A DNA stretch of 64,000 nt from Pelomyxa schiedti (GCA_020536535.1 JAHLWZ010000794.1:1-64000); one strand, 5' to 3'. Shown: positions 33,202-45,944, counted from the stretch's first letter. Notes: generated by a model from the letters alone, not told the origin. Numbers and translations are program-made.

Positions 33202-35047
33202 ATGATGGCTTCACAAAGCGGTGCTCTTAAGACCATATACTTCTCTGGCGTACGTAGCTCCCGTGTTGTCGTTTTCATTGTGGCCCACTTTTCTCCTTAG
33301 GCGTGCGAAGTGGACCACATTGCTTTGGGTTATACCACGCAACAGGCATCCGGGAGTGACGTCGTTGTTGTTGGTGTTGTAGCGGGCTTGTTTGTTGGCG
33401 GGAGCGTGACTATCACCACACTGCGCAAGGCACAGGTTCCTCCTGCCAGTCGAAAAGCCAGCGGAAGTGCTTCGTCGCCAGCGGAAGAGAAACCGCTTCA
33501 AGTCACTGGAAAAGTAGTGTCTGTCACCAAGACCCCTCTACCTGCTCCAGAGGGTACAGCCTCTGAAACCACAACGGCCTCTGGCACTGCTGCGCCCGCA
33601 ACGACGGTGGATGTCGAGGACAACCGAGTTGCTGTTAATATGGGACAAGAAAGAGAGGATTTCTGTGTCATGGTCCTGTTGGATATTCCAGAAGGTACCA
33701 CCGTTGAGTGGACCGTGCTGGTTGTAGGAGCAATATTTAGCATGGGAAAACCTATGCCACGGCAAGAAGAGAATAGTATTGGTGGTACGTTCCACGAGTG
33801 TTAACTTCTGTCTATCTGACAAGAAAAGGTGGATGGGTTTACTCCTGGGTTTCTACCATTTGGTCGGTAAACAAACATTTCGCGATACAGGCAAGTCAAT
33901 TTTCAAATAGTTCACCGTTAATCTAAACTATGGTTACTGTAGGAATGGGGTCACTTTTTTAATCATCCAGTCCGCATTGTAACAACAAATCCTATTTTGC
34001 CAGATATCGTACTCCCCCTACTTGAGTTCCCCAACAGGTTTCCAGCGTTGTGTTACATTTGAAGTTCACTTGTTTTGAACCAAAAGAGTTGTAGCACTTG
34101 AAGCGCTTGGTTGGCTCTCTGAACTTGATGCCTTCCCGATGTATAATCAAGCTAATGCGTACCACTTCCTGCTTACCGGGTACGTTTTGCCAATCCCTTT
34201 TTTCCCCACACTTAGGGTGTGTTGTTAGGCGATCGCACATTTTTGGTCAACCAATCTCTTTAGTTCCCAGCACACCCACAGGTGTACCTCTTGTTATACA
34301 TGATTGCATCACATACTTGTTGAAAAAGTAAAAACCAATATATCCCAACCTCTGTACTAACTTTGAATATTAGTGCGTTGTGTGCTGAAGGAGTATTCCG
34401 GGTATCTGGTTCCACAATGGAAATCAATTCACTTCGGGACTCGTACAACGAAGGCATGGGATTTCTGCAAGAGGGCTATTCTAATCGCTTCCAGGGAGAA
34501 AAGTAGACTTCGAAGATACTGACCCTTTTTCTGTGGCATCTTTACTCAAGTACCGTTCACTGAATCTGTTCATCATGAAATAATTACGGAAACAGGCTTT
34601 TAACACCCCAATCCAACCAGGAAATTTTTTTATGAACTGCCAGACCCTCTCCTACCCACAACACTTTGTGAGGACATGGCAAGAGCTTCCAGTAAGTGAA
34701 TGCCTGCTCCATTTTTCGCTAATGCGGCCAAGATATTGAAACCTGTGTTGAATTACTGAACTCGCTTCCAAACCCGCACAAGTTGTTATCTAACTTGCCC
34801 ATGTTACTCTAACATCCTACCCAGGGCTTGTTTCGTTGAGCTATTAGAACTAGTCGAACAGATTTTGCAGAACGCCAAACAAAACAAGATGGATTCCAGT
34901 GCCCTTGCTGTTTGCCTTGCGCCGGCCATTGCACCAGAACGGCCTGCACCCACCACCGATTTCACCCACATGCCCAACATCATACTGGGACTGCGTTATG
35001 TCTTTGAGAACGTCCGCACCATCAGTTCTAGTATCACCTTCAACTAA
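33202..35047 (+). CDS. RhoGAP domain protein with unknown N-terminal region
   Basis: IFGQPI...VPLVIHDCI, EGVFRVSGS (arginine finger), VASLLK|KFFYELPDPLL, NKMDSSALAVCLAP. The link to upstream exons (33202-33784) is inferred from compatible splice phases. Confidence 0.85.
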
Positions 35048-35123
35048 ACAACATACCGAAAGAGGAAGGAAGAGATCAAAAAAAAACAAACTTCGTGTTG
35101 TTTACAGCCTTTCTTTTGGCCCT

Positions 35124-37151
35124 TCAAGACTTCTTCTTCGCAGGCACCCACGTGCAACCGCTTGGGGGACTGGTCATGGTTGTTTCAAAGGTGGTAAGTT
35201 GCTCCATGAACCCATAATTGGGGCTGACACATGGCCTTGCAGTTTGCACCATAGCGAGTGCTTCAGCCATTGGAAGGTTCAGCTTTTTCATGAGAAAGGA
35301 TATTACAACTGTGGCAGAGCGAGAAGCACCAACGGCACTGAAATGCACATTTCATTAGTGTTATGGGTATTCGGTTTTGGATTAGTTTCAAACTAAAAGC
35401 AGTAATCTGCAGATATTCGGGAGAACACACCAGTGAACCAGGACCGAAGAACCTTGAGAGAGTCCTTCATCAATAAACTGATGGCAACTGGAGAACTTGG
35501 AAAGTAGGTCAGTTTCCGGTTCATCATCAGCTTCGATTACGAGGTATTTGCACAACTTATGCCAAGTTAGAGCTAATAGAATAGGGATGGACAACATGTG
35601 GATACCAGGAATGATTGTAGTTTCTCGCAACAACTGACACGATATGAGTGACATTGTTTTCCTTGATAAAGGGAGATGAAAAGTGAAATTGCAGAAAACA
35701 CACCACAAGGAAATTCCTGTTTTTTGCTGCAGCAATACTACCTAACCACAAATGAGGAATGATTTGGTCTGCAGGGCACTTGGTTTTCAGGATGCAGTTT
35801 GGTGGTAATGCAGATGCTACCTTAATTTGAGTCACAACAAACAATTACCCAACCCAGCCAACCTTATTTCCTGTGAGTTTAATTTCACAACTCATTTTTG
35901 AGAGCTCCAAGGGAGTAGCAGTAAGGTCGTTATAACTAGAGGGATCGTAAGTGCAAATCCAGATAATGAAAAGTACCTGAGGTCAAGGTGTTGCAGTCTC
36001 GTAAGATTTGAAATGGATGGCGGTATCTCGGAAATGTAATTTCCCACCATAGACAGGTAAGACAAGGATGTGAGATGCAACACAGTCAATGGAATTGTGG
36101 TGAACCCATTTCCACTAGGGGAAAAAATCAAAAGGATGGCAGAACGTGTTGTGAACGATACTCCAAATGCAGGTATTCAAGAGTTGAGAAGACTTGCAGG
36201 GGACAAAGTGTAGTTAACCGGTTGTGGGAGAGATTTAGTCTGAATTTTATAAGCCAAAGTTTGATAAAGTGTACTCACGTGCAAAGAGACAGGTCCGCGG
36301 CACTTTCCGGGACTTGAACTGAAGTTATTTCGTTCTCCTCTAAATTGATTACAGTGAGCATAGGCAGAGCTGTGACGAAGCTAGGAAGTTGGTTCACTTT
36401 GTTGTGGTGCATTACCACAATTGCAAGCCTCGCCAAGTTCCCTATATTATGTGAGCTCACAAAGCCTGGTCCATAATATATTAACCAAATGATGAAGGAA
36501 ACGCAGTGATGGAATTTTCACTGAAATCGAGATACTCCAAAGTAATAAGGTCACCTTGACAGGTCTCAGCATTTAATATTAGGACAATCTACCAATGGAT
36601 TCTGGAAGGCCTTTGAGCAAGTTGCTGCTTATCATCAACTTCTTTAGTTGCATCATACGACCTGAATGTAATCGTGACTATCCAGTCCAAAGACTACTTC
36701 TTGAAAAAACCTATCTCCTCCGGCAGGTGCAACAGGTTATTATAACTCATATCCAAATTCTCCAAGCAAGGGAGAGCCAACAAAGCTTCAGGGAACGCAG
36801 TGAAATTGTTATGATCAAGAGTCAGCTCCCTCAAGTGACATAAATCCTAAGCACGGAATTGAACACAGTTCAGCAGCGCGAGAGTGCAATTATGTGTAAA
36901 TAACATCATTGGACGAGGGGAGCTCAAGAGAGTACGCGAAATTCCCCCGGCAATGCAGCCAAGAGGTTGTGACCGAGGTTGACCGAGGCAGCCCGGGACA
37001 TCGCGGCCACCTCGGCGCCGCCAAGTTGGGTTGTGTTGCCGTTGCGTCGGTCGAGCGACAACGACGGGTCGGTGGGAGGCACGGCAGTGTTGCGCGTCTC
37101 CCCTTCATCTGGAGCCGCTGAACGAAGCATCAGGCCCCAATAGAAGTCCAT
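35124..37151 (-). CDS. Leucine-rich-repeat dual-specificity phosphatase
   Basis: Multiple LxxLxLxxNxL repeats, then QIIPHLWLGS, IEADD and spliced VLVHCAVGASRSATVV...VSPNYGF. Confidence 0.9.
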
Positions 37152-37709
37152 TATCGATCTTGAGATCTAGAGGTTTTCGAGGAAGAGGAAACTGCGAAAG
37201 TAGTCCCACAATGAAGAGTGATGGGGTTTTGTGCCCTCTCCTGGCGACAGCAGTGCCTGGACCCTTTTGAGGGTTCTGAGACCAACATCACAAGATGTGT
37301 GGGGTTGGCCTGGGAACCCACAACAAAAATGGCGTATTCTTTCAACTGTTGTCAATCTTGGCACTCAGAGATTAGGATGGTCAGAGAGCTGCTCCCTTTT
37401 TGTAGGTCATTATGAGGGTGTAGCTTCACTCAGCACTAACAAGTGACTTCTTTTTCGCCAGACCCCTACTACCACCCTAGGATATCCGGTATCTACTGGA
37501 AAGTACTATTCCGGGGTGCCGCTAGTCACAGACTGCAGTTTTTACCTCATCTTCTGGTGTATCTCGTATCTACGAAGGAATACCTTCCTAGCATGGTGAT
37601 ATTCAAAAATGTCAAAAACCGACACTCCGGTCTTTTCATCGTCCTCCTTTTGAAAAACATAAAAACAAACGAGCAGCAGGACCACGCGGTAGACACACAT
37701 AGGTGATTG

Positions 37710-38664
37710 ATGGGAGTTGTGATTGCGTTGTTGGCCACGGTGGCGCTTGGGATTGTGGGAGGGGTGGAGTACAGCGGGTACGCCACGTACTACGACGCGA
37801 CCGGTGGGGGTGCTTGTTCATTTGATGAGTCCGACGCCTCCCCCCTTCTCGTTTGTGCCATCAATTCGGCCCAGTACGGCGTCGCAACGGTTCGTATTTT
37901 GGTTGTTTATTCTTTTTTTTTTGGGTGGGGTTTCGGGTTTTCTCTTTTGAAGTAGATATTGTTGTTGGATTTTGAGCTGGGGTTTATCTGCCCGCTTACT
38001 TTGCTGAATTTTTATGACTGGGTTTGATTTTTATTGTTTTGCAGTACTGTGGGAGCTGCTTGGATATTGTTGGACCAAGTGGCGAAGTCAATGTTACAAT
38101 GGTGGATGAGTGCCCTGGGTGCTCAACAAACAGTTTGGATTTAAGTCCTGATGCATTCAAGATAATAGCTGGTTCCTTAACTGTCGGGAAAGTCAAGATT
38201 ACTTGGAATGAGGTTGGTACTCACTGATTCCTACTATCACTGAATTCCTTAAAGGTACCCTGCCAAGTGAGTGGTATGATGAAATATAGTGTAATGGATG
38301 GGGCCAATACCTGGTGGTTGGCAATACAGCCAAGGAACTATCCAATCAACGTAGAAAAAGTATGGAATCCCAGCAACTTTTTTCTCAAGTGGAAAAAAAG
38401 GTTTGGTTCCAGTCTTCTGGCTCTACAACATGGACCAGTCTAACTCGTCAGGATTATAATTACTGGGTAGCAACAGTTTCTGCTGGTGTAAAAATTCCTG
38501 TATCCTTAAAATTAGAATCTGTCAATGGAGAAACAGTGATTGATAAGGATGTTTTATCAAGTAAGCAGCTTGTAAGGGAAAAAAACCTCACCATTCCACC
38601 AGAAACCATTGAGAAACTTGCTGGTACTGTTGTCCAAGGCACAGTGCAGTTCACTGACTATTGA
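37710..38664 (+). CDS. Secreted expansin-like protein (DPBB + CBM63)
   Basis: Signal peptide, ATYY..TGGGACS, CGSC, VDECPGC...LDLSPDAF, WWLAIQPRN, LTRQDYNYW. Confidence 0.92.
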
Positions 38665-38746
38665 GCAAATAAGCCTTGTTTAGGCATCCTTTGTCTTCAT
38701 TTTTGTCTCATCAATCTTTGATGGTTTCTTATAAAACTGGCTTAAA

Positions 38747-39783
38747 ATGTCCGGCAGCAGGGTCCTTGTGATAAAGGCAGGCGGCACATTGCCACAGTTG
38801 CTACAGAAATTGCCTGGTGACTTCGAGGTAATTGTGGGATTGCCCAGTTCGTCCCACCTCAAGTACAACCCATAATCATGAGGGCAGGGATGGGCGGCGT
38901 CGTTTGCGGGGTTGCGCGAGTCACAGTACTTTGTTTTGGACGCCACTGAGCCTGACGTGGTTATGCCCGATCCTGATTCTTACACATTTTGTGGCATTAT
39001 TATGACTGGTAAGTCATTATGGGTTGATATGGGGTCTTTTTTCTTTTATGATTTTGTTTGCACACAATATATATTTCTGCTATGCACAGTGTCACATTAT
39101 TCAAGGTTCTCATGATATCCTAAAGGGAAAATCATTTTCACAATGTGTTGTATTTCTTTAACTGATATGATATATGGTCACTGACCACCTCCCATGGAGT
39201 GAGAAATTAGCAAAATGGATCGCAAAGGCTGTGGATTGCAGAAAATTCTTTCTAGGACTTTGCTATGGGCACCAGCTACTTGCGTATGCATTTCCATTAC
39301 ATTTTTCAACTTGTTCCCTGGAAATTCCAACAAAACTAAAGGTATGCTACTGGAGGTGAAGTGGGATACAATCCACGTGGTCTGGAGTTCGGAACGGTTC
39401 CAGTATCACTCACGGCCCAGGCAATTGATGACCCTCTGTTTTCCTGCCTCTCTCCCCATTTCACCTCTCCCAGCTCTGCCAGTATACTTGCACACATGTC
39501 ACATTCACAAACTGTTCTCCGCATTCCGGCGAGTGCCCAACTACTTGCCACAAGCCCTAGGGACTCCAATGCAGCATTTTGCGTGGGTGGATGTGCCTGG
39601 GGAGTGCAGTTCCACCCTGAATTTTCCGAAGAGGCTGTGAGGGGATACACTGAGCATTTTTCAGCTAGGCTGCAAGCTCAGGGTGATGACCCTTCTTTGC
39701 TACTGCAAGGCTGCTGCGAGACACCAGCAGGCCCCGCCTTATTACATCGTTTTGTCCAGTTGTGCTTCCACAAGTGCACATAA
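38747..39783 (+). CDS. Class I glutamine amidotransferase-like protein (stand-alone GMP-synthase-type GATase)
   Basis: VIKAG, GDFE, IIMTGSHDMVTD, LGLCYGHQLLA, WGVQFHPE (Cys-His-Glu triad). Confidence 0.9.
39115..39171 (+). other. U12-type intron with AT-AT termini
   Basis: 5' ATATCCT, branch site TTTCTTTAAC (39153-39162). Removing the intron restores GSHDMVTD. Confidence 0.75.
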
Positions 39784-39849
39784 ACATAAAACATGGTGCC
39801 TTTGTTTTGAAGGAAGCTTCCTTAATTCTTTATTACTTGTTGGCATTCC

Positions 39850-41407
39850 CTAAAAGCATTTCCGAGAAACAATTCTGGGGCCAGCATCGTCATACTCCTA
39901 TTTTCCATTTAATTCATCATGGTTCCGGGAGTAGGGAGTGGCATACAGCTGGGAAAATCATCATGGGAAAGAAAGTACCAAGTGAACCTAGTATGGAGCC
40001 ACCAATCCAAGTGTCCAACTGTTTGTGGTCAAAAGCAAGTACGGTTGAAGAAGCGGAACCGTTGGTGTTCTAGACAGTCTAACGGTTACTCGTGCTGGCA
40101 GTTTGGTCTTCAATGAATGCATTTGTTCCGCAAAACCTGGGAGTAGAGAATTCCCCCCGGAGACAGCTTTTTACAAGTCAGTCAATTCCATGGGAAGAGG
40201 GAGCAAACAAATTCGAATTTGACTCCTGCTGGAATAGTTCTCCTCCTTATTGGAGATCAGTCAGAAAGTGGATGGCGGGAGCAAACAACATTTTTGATGC
40301 ATTTTTTAATGGCAGTAAGATATCCCTCTTGTTCATCGAAGAGCAAGCTGGTGCACTTCTGGAATTCATCTCCAATTTTTATAACCCTCCCATCAGGAAG
40401 GGTGTGAGTGAGAGTGAGTGGCTCTAACAAGTAAGTTATTCGATGTATATTTGCTTTGATTGCCACCTTTCGCAGCTCCCACTGAAGCATACATTTCTTT
40501 CAGCTCCTTTACCTTTTCTTTTTCTGATACAGTTTGCAAAGAAAGTCCCTGACTCTCTGCAATAAGATTTGCCAGTTTGTCAGTGACAAAGTTCCCCCCA
40601 TATGGATGATTCTGTAGTGTTGTGGGGTTGGCAGAGCCTTCATATTTCAGATGTTCGAGGAGCTGGAGGGATTAAACCTTCATAGACTGAAGTCATAATG
40701 GTTGAGTCTGCAGATGAGTCCACCATGATAGCACTAGTGAGACCCGAGGAATAGACTTGCAATATCTGCTGCCGAGCCACGTAAAAAGCATCAACACTGA
40801 ATTAATACGTTAACAATAGAGTAATAACAAGAAAAAAAAACATACCCAAATACTTCAAAGGCTTGTTGTGTCAGTGTTTCCATCACCTTAGTAGGGGCAA
40901 TCACTGGCACAGAGGCCAACAGTCCTTGTTTCTCCATTGAGCATTGTAATTTTGCACAGCACAAGTGCGCCAAGAGCTGTGGGTGATAAGCAGGCTGATG
41001 TATAGTACATGGTACACCTTTTCCATTGTTTCCGGGCTTTCAGGAAGTCTTCCAGCAAGGGGACACCTGGACTGGTTAATAAGAGCCTCATTTCCGTCCA
41101 AATTGGAGCCCCAATAGCCTCTGCATGGAGCCGGAGGAGAGTCCATGACCCTTGTACGCATGATTACTCTGGCTGTATCTTCCCCAGCCGCTCCAAATTT
41201 CGTTGTTTCTGTGCCAGTATCCAAAACGAAGCACTCCCATTCCATCGGATGATAGCAGTCATTTTCCAGCAGATCAGCAACTTGGCGAATAACCTCTGGA
41301 GGCAATGCCGATACACCAGAAGATGCTCCAAGCCTTGCATGTAGTCCTTCCACCAAAGACAATGCTGCCCTCCTTCCTGGGATTACAGCCACCCATGCAA
41401 CAGGCAA
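39850..41407 (-). CDS. Divergent actin-related protein with N-terminal extension (5' end uncertain)
   Basis: FVLDTGTETTKFGAAGED, HTLPDGRVIKIG, LSGG, TWIGGSIL, EYDDAGPRIVSRKCF*. Confidence 0.85.
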
Positions 41408-42053
41408 AAAAAAAAAAAAAAAAAAAATTCAGACTCGTATCACCATTTCGAGATACTAATATACCTCGAGGTTGGAAGCTTACCAAATGGAACAGCAAAG
41501 GGGGAAACCATTCCCGTTTTATTTCGTTGGTAACTCTTGCCACCACCAGACCACTCCCCGCAAACACTCTTCCATGTCTTGCTGTTGCCACTTTTCTTTG
41601 ACATTGCGTAAGTGGTTGCACAGCACCCTATCAACGGCCAAACTGTTGTTTTGATTTCGCGGATCGGGCCGAGTTAGGCGAAGGGGTTTTGATATCTGTC
41701 GAGATCCTTATCAGTGCTTTTTCCCATACCACAAATGTGATCTTCCAGATGTCAATATTGGACGTTTCAGTCAAAAAACGGCATAATGAATGAAAAATAA
41801 AAACAACCAACAAAAAACAAGTTTATCCACTGGGCGCACCCAGTGCATTTCGTTTGATTTTGATGATAGTTTTCGTTTTTTGTTTGTGTGGCTGGTTTTT
41901 GACTGAAACGTCCAATAGAACCTGCATTAAAAAAAAAATATAAAACAAAACAACAGCACAACCGCAGCTGTTTGTTGTTTGGTTCAAACCAAACACTAGA
42001 GAATATTTAACAACTACACAAACCAACCCCCACACTCCCAAAACCAACAAAAC

Positions 42054-42495
42054 ATGACAGAGCCCGCATCAGCACCCGCCCCAGAAGGCACTACTTTCCT
42101 AGCCACAGCCCCAGCTCCATACCCAGGGGGGCCCTACCCTCCCGCGACCGGCGACCCCAACATGGCAGCGTACCCTCCCGGGGGCGGCTACCCCCCAGGC
42201 GCATACCCCCCAGGGGCCTACCCGCCCGGCCCAGGAGGCGCCGCGTACCCGCCGGGTGCCTACCCGCCTGGCGGCCCCGCCGCGTACCCGCCGGGGGGCG
42301 CATACCCTCCTGGGGCGTACCCCCCGGTCGACCCGGCGGCCGCCGCCGCGTACCCCCCTGGGGGCTACCCCGCGGCCGCGGCGTACCCAGCGCCGGTTCC
42401 CGCCGTCGTAGTCGTGGACCCGCCCCCCGCCATCGTCGTTGAGATGGTGGAGACGCACAAGGACGACCATCACGACCACAAGGACGACCATGTGT

Positions 42496-42538
<43 letters not shown>

Positions 42539-43202
42539 CTTGTTTTTGTTCCCCTGTTCCGTTCCGTTCCGTTTAGTTTCTTCTTCTTCTTTTTTTTTTT
42601 TTTTTTTTTTTCTTTATTAGTTTTCCATTCAATAATTGAAGTCATTTTCTAATGGACTGGGCTAGGATGAGCCTAAGGGGGGATGCCAAATGTGGGGTAA
42701 ACCCAAGCATGATGGGCACTACTGGACATGGCTGTTTGGTCCTGTCTGGACACATGACTGCCCTTCTGCTGTGTATCATCATTGCCTACCACATCAGTAA
42801 TGCTTCTTTCATTGTTTCCTGGTAAATTTCTCTTATGTTATCCCAAGTTGTGACGACAAGCACTGCTTCCGAATTGGGTGCCTTCCGTTTAGCGTTCCCT
42901 TATTTATTTGTGGTGTGTACCATCAATATTGTTTTGCTTTACCCTTACCTTCCTCTATCTAGCCATTTTCTATGGAATTTTGGGTGACATGCTGGCAGTA
43001 CGAAATCCATGCTTTTTTTTTTTTTGCTTCATTGACCCATAACAGATTCCTTTCTGGCTAATTACCTGCGCCTACTGTGGATGTGTCCGCAAGGTACCCA
43101 TTCGCGTTTAGATTAACACTCACAACCCCACAGAATGCCACAAAGTGCTTCTACCGACGGGAAAACCTCCACATAGAACTTGTAATCTCCTCCTTTTTGT
43201 AA
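42054..43202 (+). CDS. Proline-rich (AYPPG repeat) protein with cysteine-rich hydrophobic C-terminus
   Basis: Tandem YPPG(G)A repeats in exon 1, a poly-T intron, then short Cys/Trp-rich exons. 3' end tentative. Confidence 0.6.
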
Positions 43203-43566
43203 CCCAAGCCCGACCTCTAACTCTACAAAAAAAGCACCCGATATGTCTGATACTTATTATTCTAGAGCTGTTTGGCAATTGACGCTGGACCCAGTCACCA
43301 CCACACAACATCCACTTGTTGAACATTTTGGAACAAGAACCATTACCTTTTTTGTAATTCCCCGAACTGTAAAAAAGGAAAGGGTGGTTTTTTGGTTCAG
43401 GCATTTTCGGTGGTGCCTGTAGTGCCGCCTAGAAGCATTCCATGCACCACCACATTTTTTTCATTTAGTTTTTCTCCTTCTTGGTGTTGCATAAAAAATT
43501 CCAACCAATAAGGCAGCACGACGACTGCGTACTAGTACCGACCTACCACGACATTGTCGACCCATA

Positions 43567-45009
43567 ATGGCAACAGCCACAACCCCAACCCCAGCAAACA
43601 ACACCTCCAGCGTGTCCTCGGCCAGCACGCCCACAGCCACGCCCTCCGCCCCCCTGGGGTCTCCCAATACACCCGCGCCCCCAGGCCCCCCGTCGACGGC
43701 CGCCGCAGCCGCAGCCGCGGCAGCAGCCTCGGCGTCGGCGGCGGCTGCCCCGAGGAGGCCGAGGGCGAGGAACCGCCACACGTGCTGGTTTGCCAACTGC
43801 ACCACGGGGGAGCGGAACCTGCACCTGCCGCGGCCCTTCCTGGTCCACTGCTGCCGCGAGCACCACGCCCGCGTGGAGTCGCTGCTCCCCGAGTGCGTCG
43901 AGGCCGGCGACATCCTCGTGGACAGCTGCACGCCGCTGTGCGGGGGCCCCATGCCCCCGCCGCCTCCCGCCTCCTCTCTGCTGCCCCCGGCCTGCTGCGG
44001 CGGAGGGGGAGGGGGAGGGGGATTAGGGGAGGAGGAGCAGCCCACTGGTGAGGGAGTGGGGGGAGGGGGGCGGGAGGACGAGGACGGGGGAAGTTACGGG
44101 GGCGAGGACCAGGGGGGTCCGGTTATGGCGAGGTCGATGCCGCAGGCTTTGAGAACCAGGAGGTTTATATCCACAAACCCGAATGAACCTATGCCGGTCA
44201 AGGACTCTGTGTGTGGGCTGTGCTTGGGTCTGTCTACAACTCTATCTGTTGGTGGCGGCTCTGGTTCTGGTTCTGCAACTGGCGGCGGCTCTGGGGCGGC
44301 TGCTGATTTGGTCCCTTGCACTTCGCCTTCTTGCCCGTTTGTATTCTGCAGGCACTGTGTGGATAACTTGGCGTCGCTGCCGAATGTGGCCGAGCCAATG
44401 CCCGAGGTGGCGTATACATTTGATCAGCTCCGCGCAGCTACAAAGACTCCCTCTGGGTGGCGCTGTTGGGTGTGCCTGGCCTGTGAGAGGTTCAGCAGAC
44501 CGCGGGAAAGAGAAGCTGTTGTGGATTTGGCAGCTCAAAAGCTCGGTGCTTTGATGCAACCACTTCCTTCGACTCCCCAAACCACAAAGAAGCAAACGCG
44601 GCAGAAAGTTACGCCTCCAACAACCACCACTGTAACAGGTCCTTCACCAGGTTCTCCACCCAGTGAAAGGAAGAGAAGGCCATCAGCTGTGACTTCAACA
44701 GTTACTTCAACACCACCACCACCAATAGCCCCACCCAAAACCAAGATTCCCCGCGGCAACTCTCACATCAACCAGCAGCAGCTTCCCACACCATTACCTT
44801 CACCACCGGGGACAGCATCCCTATCTGTATATCCACCAAAGATAGCCACAGCACAACTACCTAATAATAGCCCATCACCATCGCATGCCCGCCATTCACC
44901 AGTACATTCACTCCCACCCTCATATTCAGTTTCAGTCAACACAATGCAGCCGTCACCACACAACAACACCCTTCCTCCATTTGCACCCAACCAGGAATCC
45001 CAGTTTTGA
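43567..45009 (+). CDS. ADD/PHD-like zinc-finger protein, single long ORF
   Basis: CGLC...LVPCTSPSCPFVFCRHCVDNL...WRCWVC spacing resembles the ATRX/DNMT3 ADD finger. Pro/Ser-rich tail. Confidence 0.65.
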   Translation: MATATTPTPANNTSSVSSASTPTATPSAPLGSPNTPAPPGPPSTAAAAAAAAAASASAAAAPRRPRARNRHTCWFANCTTGERNLHLPRPFLVHCCREHHARVESLLPECVEAGDILVDSCTPLCGGPMPPPPPASSLLPPACCGGGGGGGGLGEEEQPTGEGVGGGGREDEDGGSYGGEDQGGPVMARSMPQALRTRRFISTNPNEPMPVKDSVCGLCLGLSTTLSVGGGSGSGSATGGGSGAAADLVPCTSPSCPFVFCRHCVDNLASLPNVAEPMPEVAYTFDQLRAATKTPSGWRCWVCLACERFSRPREREAVVDLAAQKLGALMQPLPSTPQTTKKQTRQKVTPPTTTTVTGPSPGSPPSERKRRPSAVTSTVTSTPPPPIAPPKTKIPRGNSHINQQQLPTPLPSPPGTASLSVYPPKIATAQLPNNSPSPSHARHSPVHSLPPSYSVSVNTMQPSPHNNTLPPFAPNQESQF

Positions 45010-45451
45010 GCCCCTCTGTATTCTTCCCCCACTTTTTGTTTGTAAAATGGTAACTTTTCTACTCGAAAGTATGTCCAAAAAAACCCAAAAAAAAGTGGTT
45101 GTTTGGTGTTAGCGGTATGGATAGAAATAGAACTTTAGATGATCAACATGATGGCCGCGAAGCTAATGCGCGGGAATGGAATCCACAGATTGATCACGTC
45201 GGCACCGACATCAAGGATCGCGCCGAGACAGCAACGAAATCCACGACGGCGTCACCGAACGACGTTAGCCGCAGAACACCGCACCACCGCACGAGAAAGT
45301 CGCGCGCTCTTAAGCCGAACCAAAATTGTTTAATTGTGGCCAAAGTCGAATAGAAAAACATTATTCATCTTGCTTGTTTCTAACCGTTAGAGCGGGATGG
45401 ATAAAATTGGATACTGCTTAAATTGTCATTCTGCCACTCTTCCCTTTGAGC

Positions 45452-45944
45452 TAGTCTGCTTCACGAATTTTTACACTTTTTTTCGCGATGAAAATCGAAA
45501 GTGTCAAACAAAAGAAACTCGAATCGCGATTAATCGCGAATTAGACATTAGATTTAGAAGGATCTTTTGTGGTTTCTAATTAGACACCATCATAACCATT
45601 CATTTCCACTGGGAAATGGTATGCAAACATCAACAACAACTCCAGTTCCATTGGGGAAGGATGTTTGTGTGGTTCATCCCACACAACAACCCATCTCTGT
45701 TTGTGACACATGCAACTTCTTGGCCATGGTTAGTGGGACAAAATCGCCGTCAGGCCATTGACAGCAACCTCCCGTACCCTCCGTCAGGGTTAGCTTAACT
45801 TGGCGCTTCATTTCTCTATTTCTATTTCTAATTCGCGATGAATCGTCCGGGGTGAACAAACATCGAAGTCGCAAAAGCAAAACGCGACTGGAGTGTGCGA
45901 TCTTCATCGATCGCGAAAAAAAGTGTAATTCGTGAAACAGGCAA
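45452..45944. mobile_element. MITE-like non-autonomous element
   Basis: Terminal inverted repeats CTGCTTCACGAATTTTTACACTTTTTTTCGCGAT / ATCGCGAAAAAAAGTGTAATTCGTGAAACAG, plus an inner inverted pair ATCGCGAATTAGA / TCTAATTCGCGAT. No clear TSD. Confidence 0.65.

Noticed and set aside
42091-42645. Long antisense ORFs over GC-rich exons (also 4103-4615, 43461-44045, 60341-60733)
   Set aside because: These are shadows of GC-rich or low-complexity sense exons and homopolymer introns.
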